The position numbers were made by a program, and so were the translations under genes. Below, in pieces: positions 54,615 through 61,652 of a stretch of 64,000 nucleotides of DNA. Source of the DNA: Candidatus Marinacidobacterium sp. (GTDB lineage Bacteria; Acidobacteriota; Vicinamibacteria; Marinacidobacterales; Marinacidobacteraceae); the NCBI GenBank assembly GCA_965220965.1, contig CBDCRI010000001.1:192001-256000 (forward strand), written 5' to 3'. How positions within the stretch are numbered: the stretch's first letter is position 1; the number at the start of each line of letters is the position of its first letter. The notes under the pieces are model-generated. The model searched no databases. It was not told the DNA's origin and saw only the letters and a program-made list of their open reading frames with translations.

Positions 54615-55928
54615 ATGCCAAGCCCCGCCGCCCAAGACCGCGCCCGTTCCGGCAGCCCCGCCCTCCTCCGCGACCATGCCGAGGGCGCAGCGGCGGCGCC
54701 GGCGGGGCAGGATGCGGCCGGCCAGGGCGCAGCGCCCCTGCCGGAGGGCTGGCTCGGCCTGGAGGTCGGCGAGACGGCGCTGCTCATCGCGGCCAAAAGC
54801 GGCTGGCTCCTGCCCATGCCGCGCCAGCAGGGCCGCCCGCTGCTGCAGGGCGGGTTCGCCCGCCACGCCGAGGACCGCGTGGCGGGCGACGAGTGCTGGG
54901 TGCGCCTGGCCCTCGACCCCGACCGGCTCTGGACGGCGCCCGTCGGCGCCTCGGGCCACGAGGACGGAACGTGCGCGTCCGCCGTGCCGGCGGGGGCCGG
55001 CCGGCTCGACTGGGTGGCGCCGATCCCGCTGTCGGCCGTGGCCGCGGTGGAGGTGGACGAGCGGATGCACCCGGGGAACTTGCGGATGCTGATCCGCCAT
55101 GGCCTCAAACTCTCGCTGCCGGAGGACGTGGCTGCGGCGAACCCGCGGGCGTCCGTCACGCTGCCCTGCGAAGCCCAGCGGGGCGGCTGGCGCCTGCCCG
55201 CCGAGCTCAACGAGGTCCAGGGGGCGATGTCGGCGGCGGTCTGGGCGGCGTGGGACGCGCTGCCGGAGGACCGGGCGCGCAGGGACGCCGTGCTCAGCGC
55301 CATGGCCGGCGAGGGGGAGTCCCTCTCGCCCACGGCCCCCTGGCTGCGCCCGCCCTGGCTTGCGAAGGAGGTCTCGGCCCGGCCGTCGCCGGAGCGTGCC
55401 CTGTGGAGCAACGCGCCGCACGTGCTGCGGTCCAGTTGGCGAGCGGACGCCGCGCTCGAGCGGGTCGGCCACCACATGGAGGCTGCCGGCGATGGCGGGC
55501 GCGGGCGCGAGTGGACGGCTTGGGCCAGGGCCGTCCTGAGCGGCGAAGTCACCGTCTTCGAGCACGAGCTGGTCCCCGCCGCGAGCGGCCCCGGCCTGGC
55601 GGTGATGGTCGCGCTGCTGAAGAACGACTTGGAGGGACTGGGCCAATTCGTGCGGGAGTGGGGTGGCGACGGCACGCTCTTCAAGCCCGGCAGTCCCTGG
55701 GCGGATGCCGTCCTCGGCGCCGCCGTGCTCCTCGGATGGGGAAAGGGCTTCTCCTTGATCTCGGCGGACCTCCGGGGCGACGCGATGCGCCGCGAGGCCG
55801 TTGCGCGGCTGGCCATGGCGGCATCCTGGGACCAGCCGGGGGAGCCTCCGGCGCCCGCCGGGCGAGCGGCCGCACGGCCAGGCAATCCCCAAAGGCCGCG
55901 CGGCCCCGCGGGCTCGCCGGGCCCATAA
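54615..55928 (+). CDS. hypothetical protein, copy 1 of a tandem triplication
   Basis: GGAGG RBS, TATAAT at 54575; ends GSPGP. Confidence 0.8.
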   Translation: MPSPAAQDRARSGSPALLRDHAEGAAAAPAGQDAAGQGAAPLPEGWLGLEVGETALLIAAKSGWLLPMPRQQGRPLLQGGFARHAEDRVAGDECWVRLALDPDRLWTAPVGASGHEDGTCASAVPAGAGRLDWVAPIPLSAVAAVEVDERMHPGNLRMLIRHGLKLSLPEDVAAANPRASVTLPCEAQRGGWRLPAELNEVQGAMSAAVWAAWDALPEDRARRDAVLSAMAGEGESLSPTAPWLRPPWLAKEVSARPSPERALWSNAPHVLRSSWRADAALERVGHHMEAAGDGGRGREWTAWARAVLSGEVTVFEHELVPAASGPGLAVMVALLKNDLEGLGQFVREWGGDGTLFKPGSPWADAVLGAAVLLGWGKGFSLISADLRGDAMRREAVARLAMAASWDQPGEPPAPAGRAAARPGNPQRPRGPAGSPGP

Positions 55929-56144
55929 AACTCCCCGCGCCGCCCCTTCTCCGGTGGACCGAGGCCGCCCTGCCGCCTAGGACCGCCCTTCCGAGGCAAC
56001 CCAAGGCCGCGAGCGCAATGTCCAGAGCGAGGCGCCCGTCCGCCTCGGCCGTCCACTCGGCCTCCGGGCGGCATGGGCCAGGCCCGGAGGCGGCTGCCGT
56101 TCCTATAATCGCGCAACGTCCCCGCAGCCCCCAGGAGGCCCGCG

Positions 56145-57455
56145 ATGCCACGCCCCGCCGCCCACGACCGCGCCCGTTCCGGCAGCCCCGCCCTCCTCCG
56201 CGACCATGCCGAGGGCGCGGCGGCGGCGCGGGAGGGGCAGGACGCGGCCGGCCAGGGCGCAGCGCCCCTGCCGGAGGGCTGGCTCGGCCTGGAGGTGGGC
56301 CAGATGGCGCTGCTCGACGCGGCCGAGGGCGGCTGGCTGCTGCCCATGCCGCACCAGCAGGGCCGCCCGCTGCTGCAGGGCGGGTTCGCCCGCCACGAGA
56401 GGGATGAGGTGGAGCGCAACGAGCACTGGGTGCGCGTGGCCCTCGACCCCGACCGGCTCTGGACGGCGCCCGTCGGGGCCTCGGGCCACGAGGACGGAAC
56501 GTGCGCGTCCGCCGTGCCGGCGGGGCCCGGCCGGCTCGACTGGGTGGCGCCGATTCCGCTGTCGGCCGTGGTCGCCATGGAGGTGGACAAAGCGGAGCAG
56601 GCCGCTCGGCTAAGGGGGCTGATCCGCCATGTCCCCAACCTCGCGCTGCCGGAGGACGTGGTTGCGGCGAACCCGCGGGCGTCCGTCACGCTGCCCTGCG
56701 GAACCATGCGGGGCGGAGGCTGGCGCCTGCCCGCCGAGCTCAACGAGGTCCAGGGGGCGATGTCGGCGGCGGTCTGGGCGGCGTGGGACGCGCTGCCGGA
56801 GGACCGGGCGCGCAGGGACGCCGTGCTCAGCGCCATGGCCGGCGAGGGGGAGGCCCTCTCGCCCACGGCCCCCTGGCTGCGCCCGCCCTGGCTTGCGCCG
56901 GAGTTCGCGCCGCGGCCGTCGTGGGAGCGCGCGCTGTGGAGCAATGCGCCGCACGTGCTCCGGTCCACCACGCTTGCGCTCGAGGCGGTCAAGCGGCTCG
57001 CCCACCACATGGAGGCGGACGGCGACGCCGGGAGTGCGCGCGAGTGGGCGGCATGGGCGGAGGCCGTCCTGCTCGGCGAAGCCAGCGTCTTGGAGCACGA
57101 GCCGGTCCCCACCGCGCGCGGCCCCGGCCTGGCGGTGATGGTCGCGCTGATGCAGGTCGACATCGACTCGCTGCACTGGTGGGCGTGGCGTCGAGACGAC
57201 ATCGACCTCGAGCCCGGCAGCCCTTGGGCGGACGCCGTCCACGGCGCCGCCGTGGCCATCGGATGGGCGAAGGGGTTCGCCTTGACCCCAACGGACTTCC
57301 GGGGCGACGCGAAGCGCCGCGAGGCCGTCGCGCGGCTGGCCATGGCGGCGGCCTGGGACCAGCGGGGCGAGCCCCCGGCGCCCGTCGGGGGAGCGGCCGC
57401 GCGGCCGGGCAATCCCCAAAGGCTGCGCGGCCCCGCGGGCTCGCAGCGCCCATGA
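56145..57455 (+). CDS. hypothetical protein, copy 2
   Basis: Near-identical blocks to copy 1; TATAAT at 56104. Confidence 0.8.
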   Translation: MPRPAAHDRARSGSPALLRDHAEGAAAAREGQDAAGQGAAPLPEGWLGLEVGQMALLDAAEGGWLLPMPHQQGRPLLQGGFARHERDEVERNEHWVRVALDPDRLWTAPVGASGHEDGTCASAVPAGPGRLDWVAPIPLSAVVAMEVDKAEQAARLRGLIRHVPNLALPEDVVAANPRASVTLPCGTMRGGGWRLPAELNEVQGAMSAAVWAAWDALPEDRARRDAVLSAMAGEGEALSPTAPWLRPPWLAPEFAPRPSWERALWSNAPHVLRSTTLALEAVKRLAHHMEADGDAGSAREWAAWAEAVLLGEASVLEHEPVPTARGPGLAVMVALMQVDIDSLHWWAWRRDDIDLEPGSPWADAVHGAAVAIGWAKGFALTPTDFRGDAKRREAVARLAMAAAWDQRGEPPAPVGGAAARPGNPQRLRGPAGSQRP

Positions 57456-57735
57456 CCCCGCCCCCTCGCCCCGTCCCCGGTGGTCCCAGGCCGCCTAGGA
57501 CCGCCCTTCCGAGGCAACGCAAGGCCGCGAGCGCAGCGTCCGGAGCGAGGCGCACCGAAGCCCGCCACGCCCAGGCGGTCACCGAACGCCTGGCCCAGGA
57601 CGTCTGCGCAGAGCGTCCGGAGGCGCTCGTCCGCCTTCGTCCGGCGACTCGGCCCCCGGGCGGCATGGGCCAGGCCCGGTGGCGGCAGCCGTTCCTATAA
57701 TCGCGCACCGCCACCGCTGCCCAAGGAGGCCCGCG

Positions 57736-59076
57736 ATGCCACGCCCCGCCGCCCACGACCGCGTCCGTTCCGGCAGCCCTGCCCTCCCCCGCGACCATGC
57801 CGAGGGCGCAGCGGCGGCGCGGGAGGGGCAGGACGCGGCCGGCCAGGGCACAGCGCCCCTGCCGGAGGGCTGGCTCGGCCTGGAGGTGGGGGAGATGGCG
57901 CTGCTCATCGCGGCGAAAAGCGGCTGGCTCCTGCCCATGCCACACCAGCAGGGCCGCCCGCTGCTGCAGGGCGGGTTCGCCCGCCACGCCAAGGACCGCG
58001 TGGCGCGGGACGAGTACTGGGTGCGCCTGGCCCTAGATCCCGACCGGCTCTGGACGGCGCCCGTCGGCGCGTCCGGCCACGAGGACGGAACGTGCGCGTC
58101 CGCCGTGGCGGCGGAACCCGGACGGCTCGACTGGGTGGCGCCGATTCCGCTGTCGGCCGTGGTCGCCATGGAGGTGGACGACCGGACGCACGCCGAGGAC
58201 TTGCGGATGCTGACCCGCGACGTCCCCAACCGCTTGCTGCCGGCCGCCCCTGTGACGGTGAACCGGCGGGCGTCGGTCCCGCTGCCCTGCGAAGCCATCC
58301 GGGGCACCGGCTGGCGCCTGCCCGTCGAGCTCGACGAGATACAGGGGGCGATGTCGGCCGCGGTCTGGGCGGCGTGGGACGCGCTGCCGGAGGACCGGGC
58401 GCGCAGGGACGCCGTGCTCAGCGCCATGGCCGGCGACGGGGAGGCCCTGTCGCCCACGGCCCCCTGGCTGCGCGCGCCCTGGCTCGCGCTGGACGGCCCT
58501 CGCCCACGCAAGCCCTGGCTTGCGCAGGAGTTCGAGACCCGCCCGTCCCCGGAGCGCGCGTTGTGGAGCAACGCGCCGCACGTGCTCCGGCACAACTCGC
58601 CAGCGCGCGTGGCGGTCGAGCAGCTCACCAGGAGAATGGTCTCGGCCGACGAGACTTGGAGTGGGCGCGAATGGGGGGCGTGGGCGCGGGCCGTCCTGCG
58701 CCCCGACGGGCCTGGCTTGGCGGTGGCGGTCGCGCTGCTGCAGGACGACCTAGACGGACTGGGCCACTTCGCGCGGGCGTGGGGCCGCGGCGGAATCAGC
58801 CTCGAGCCCGGCAGCCCTTGGGCGGATGCCGTCCTCGGCGCCGCCGTGCTCATCGGATGGCGGAACGGGTTCGCCTCGACCCCGGTGCGCCTCCGGGGAG
58901 GCGCGAGGCGCCGGGAGGCCGTGGCACGGCTTGCAATGGCGGCCGCCTGGGACCAGCGGGGCGAGCCGCCGGCGCCGGTCGGGGGAGCGTCCGCGCGCCC
59001 CCGCGGGACCGCTGAGCCCATGACCCCGCCCCGCCCTGCCCCGTCTCCGCTGGACCGAGGCAGCCCGGCCCCCTAG
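57736..59076 (+). CDS. hypothetical protein, copy 3
   Basis: Near-identical blocks; TATAAT at 57696; ends RGSPAP. Confidence 0.8.
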   Translation: MPRPAAHDRVRSGSPALPRDHAEGAAAAREGQDAAGQGTAPLPEGWLGLEVGEMALLIAAKSGWLLPMPHQQGRPLLQGGFARHAKDRVARDEYWVRLALDPDRLWTAPVGASGHEDGTCASAVAAEPGRLDWVAPIPLSAVVAMEVDDRTHAEDLRMLTRDVPNRLLPAAPVTVNRRASVPLPCEAIRGTGWRLPVELDEIQGAMSAAVWAAWDALPEDRARRDAVLSAMAGDGEALSPTAPWLRAPWLALDGPRPRKPWLAQEFETRPSPERALWSNAPHVLRHNSPARVAVEQLTRRMVSADETWSGREWGAWARAVLRPDGPGLAVAVALLQDDLDGLGHFARAWGRGGISLEPGSPWADAVLGAAVLIGWRNGFASTPVRLRGGARRREAVARLAMAAAWDQRGEPPAPVGGASARPRGTAEPMTPPRPAPSPLDRGSPAP

Positions 59077-59113
59077 AATCGCCCTCCCGCCGCAACCCAA
59101 GGCCGCGAGAGCA

Positions 59114-59350
59114 ATGTCCAGAGCGAGGCGCACCGAAGCCCGCCACGCCCAGGCGGTCACCGAACGCCTGGCCCAGGTCGTCGGCGCAGAACGCGCCGAG
59201 GCGCTCGTCCGCCTTGCCCGGGACGGCCCCGAAGGCGTCCCGCGGATGCCTGAGACCCCGACCGGCAAGGCGATGCGCCTGCTCCGCACCCCGCGGGGGC
59301 GCGAACGCTTGGGCGCCGCCCGGACCTGGGATGACGTCCTCGACCTGTAG
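59114..59350 (+). CDS. small protein, putative antitoxin of the downstream PIN protein
   Basis: Overlaps the PIN-like gene; upstream TAGAAT. Confidence 0.55.
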   Translation: MSRARRTEARHAQAVTERLAQVVGAERAEALVRLARDGPEGVPRMPETPTGKAMRLLRTPRGRERLGAARTWDDVLDL

Positions 59351-60275
59351 CGGGGGGCCGGGAGCGGCCGGCGCTGAGCGCGTGGCCGTCGACGCGAACA
59401 TCCTGTCCAACCCCTTCGACCGCCGCTTCGTCATGGCGTCATGGGAGGCCTTAGGCGCCCGCGCGCCAGTGCTGCCGCGGGTCGCTCTGGAGCTTTGCGG
59501 CAGGATGGCGGACGGTGAGGTGGCGCATTGGGGGCGTCGGGTGCTGCCGCATGAGGAGCGGCGGGGATGGAGCCACACAGATGAGGACCGCCACCGCATT
59601 CTGCATGCGGTGGACGCGGGCACGCGGGCTTGGGTCGCGGAGGAGATCGACGCGCAGCTCGAAAGGCCGGGCGACGCGCGCCCGGACACGGCGCTCGCCG
59701 CCGTGCGCATGTCGCCGGCGCAGCGCGGCGCCGCGAGCGCCATTGCCCTCGCCATTCCGGACGACTGCTTTCGGGGGGCCAGCCCCAACAACCACCACGG
59801 CGACCGCATGGTGATCGCCGAAGCGTCGGTCATGGGGTTCGCCGCGCTCGCCTCCCACAACCGGATATCCATCGACCGGCGCCGCGTCAACGCCTGGCTC
59901 AGGAAGGGCGTCGGGCTCAACTCGGACTTGGTGTGGGATGCCGACGAGGCCGTGGAGGCCCTGCTCGGCCGAACGGGCGCTGACCCCGACGAGATGCCCC
60001 TGCGCGCCGTCCTGCTTGCCTGCCTGCCGGAAGCCCCGGCCCCTCCCGGGCGCGAGGCGGAGATCGTCGGCCGCTTCATCGACGCGCTTGGCGACTCAAG
60101 CTTCCCGAGCTGCGCCGCCGGGGCGTTGCGGACGTGGACGGGGCCAAGGGGGCTCGAACTGGCGCGGGAGGCCAAGCAGGGGCTGGCGGCGTCGCGGGCC
60201 CGGCAAACGGAGGCCCGCCGCCTCGCCAAGGTCCGCGGGGCGGCCGCGGAGGCCGGATGGGCGCCGTGCCGGTGA
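59331..60275 (+). CDS. PIN-domain-like protein
   Basis: VAVDANIL, V..EL, GDRMVIAEA..GF..LASHN. Confidence 0.6.
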   Translation: MTSSTCSGGPGAAGAERVAVDANILSNPFDRRFVMASWEALGARAPVLPRVALELCGRMADGEVAHWGRRVLPHEERRGWSHTDEDRHRILHAVDAGTRAWVAEEIDAQLERPGDARPDTALAAVRMSPAQRGAASAIALAIPDDCFRGASPNNHHGDRMVIAEASVMGFAALASHNRISIDRRRVNAWLRKGVGLNSDLVWDADEAVEALLGRTGADPDEMPLRAVLLACLPEAPAPPGREAEIVGRFIDALGDSSFPSCAAGALRTWTGPRGLELAREAKQGLAASRARQTEARRLAKVRGAAAEAGWAPCR

Positions 60276-60389
60276 CGCCCCGCCCCACTCCGGGGCGCGC
60301 GAGCGGTCCCGTGGCGCGCCCGGCAAAACCGGCCAGGGGCGCCGGCAGCGGCCAAGCGCCTCGGCCGAACGAAAACTGGTATAATACGA

Positions 60390-60680
60390 ATGACAGACCG
60401 ACGGATCAGGGCAGGCGAGCCAATGGGCCCAGCAACGTTGAAAGCGACCGCGTTGTCCGCATTCGAGCGGTACGCGAAGCATGGCGACCGCGGCGGGCTG
60501 CCGGAAGCCGACGCCGACGGCTGCGCGGCGGCGTGGGACGCGATGGTCGCGGCGAACGCCGGCTACCGCCTGCGCTCGGTCGGTGGCGCGGCGTTCGGGC
60601 GCTGCGACCTGACCGCGTACCAAGGGCCGGTCAGCGAATTCGTTTTTGAGAGGGAGGCGGCCGGAGGGCCGCCTGCATGA
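60390..60680 (+). CDS. small hypothetical protein
   Basis: Directly after TGGTATAAT (60377); start at 60390 or 60423. Confidence 0.5.
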   Translation: MTDRRIRAGEPMGPATLKATALSAFERYAKHGDRGGLPEADADGCAAAWDAMVAANAGYRLRSVGGAAFGRCDLTAYQGPVSEFVFEREAAGGPPA

Positions 60681-60699
60681 GCGTTTGGGGAGGTTGGCA

Positions 60700-60906
60700 A
60701 TGACAGACGCCGTCGACGAGATCATGGCTTACGCCCAAATCAAGGATCTGTCCGGCGAGGACGGCGGCGTGGTGGCCGTTGTCGATCCGGACAGCGCCGG
60801 ATACGCGGCGCTCCCAAGCCGCCTGCGAGGCTACGGAGACGATGCCGAGTCCGCCGAAGCCGATCTGCGATGCGCTGTTGAGCACGCGCTGGCCAGCGAC
60901 GACTAG
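60700..60906 (+). CDS. short HicB-like protein
   Basis: GGAGG RBS; IKDLSGEDGGVVAV.DPD...GYGDDAESAEADL..AVE. Confidence 0.5.
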   Translation: MTDAVDEIMAYAQIKDLSGEDGGVVAVVDPDSAGYAALPSRLRGYGDDAESAEADLRCAVEHALASDD

Positions 60907-60926
60907 GCTGGCAAACAGGCCGCCAA

Positions 60927-61367
60927 ATGAAAGCGATCATCAACGCATCAGCGCTCAAGGCGTTGACGACGGAGCAGGCGCTCGAAGTCGCGAAGCGCGA
61001 GCATTCCCGCCACGTGGGAATCGAAACGGAATACGGCAAAGCCTGGATAGTGACGGACGGCGGTAACGCACGCGAACGGGAACGGGTAGCGGACGCCATT
61101 CTCGCCGCCGACCGACGGGCGAACGAGCCGAACGTGATCGCCGCCGGGCCCGCGCCGGCCACGCAGCGCCAGCGCGACTATCTCGTTCACCTGATCGCGG
61201 AGGACCAAGGCGCGGCGACTGGATTCGGCGTTGCCCAGGGACTCCCCGAGAGCCTGTCGAAGCGGGAGGCCAGCCGCCTGATCGACAAATTCCTCAAAGC
61301 AGCGCAGGAGGACAGGGAGTGCGCAAGGAGCGACCCCAAGCCTGCCCGGCCTGCCAGCCCGGGCTGA
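60927..61367 (+). CDS. hypothetical protein with PATxRQxxY...SKxEASxLID motif
   Basis: Motif shared with 31552-31767; ends PKPARPASPG. Confidence 0.7.
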   Translation: MKAIINASALKALTTEQALEVAKREHSRHVGIETEYGKAWIVTDGGNARERERVADAILAADRRANEPNVIAAGPAPATQRQRDYLVHLIAEDQGAATGFGVAQGLPESLSKREASRLIDKFLKAAQEDRECARSDPKPARPASPG

Positions 61368-61652
61368 TCAAGGACGGCGCAACGCCCCGCCGCTGCATTC
61401 TGCACGGAGGCGACGACGAGCGCGTGCAGCCGACGAACGCGAGCCTGAACGGGTTCTGGATTGCCGAGAGGGACGGGGGCCGCAGGGCGCCAACCGCCCC
61501 CCGGGAAACGCCAGAGTAGGCGTTGCGCAAACGTCAAGGCCGGTGAGCGCGTCAACTCGCAGTCACGGATGGCGCGCGGTGAATGGGCTTGGGCAGGCAC
61601 TGTTGGACATGCACTGCCCCGTCATCTGAGAGTCCAGTTGAGCACGCTGGAA

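Larger units (their letters stand above)
54524..59220 (+). repeat. three tandem units of about 1.55 kb
   Basis: Each unit is ACTCGGC..CGGGCGGC.TGGGCCAGGCCCGG, then the promoter, the gene, and the 5' part of the 59114 gene. Confidence 0.9.

Noticed and set aside
54524-59220. Diversity-generating retroelement
   Set aside because: No reverse transcriptase in the window, differences are not adenine-specific, and whole genes are duplicated.
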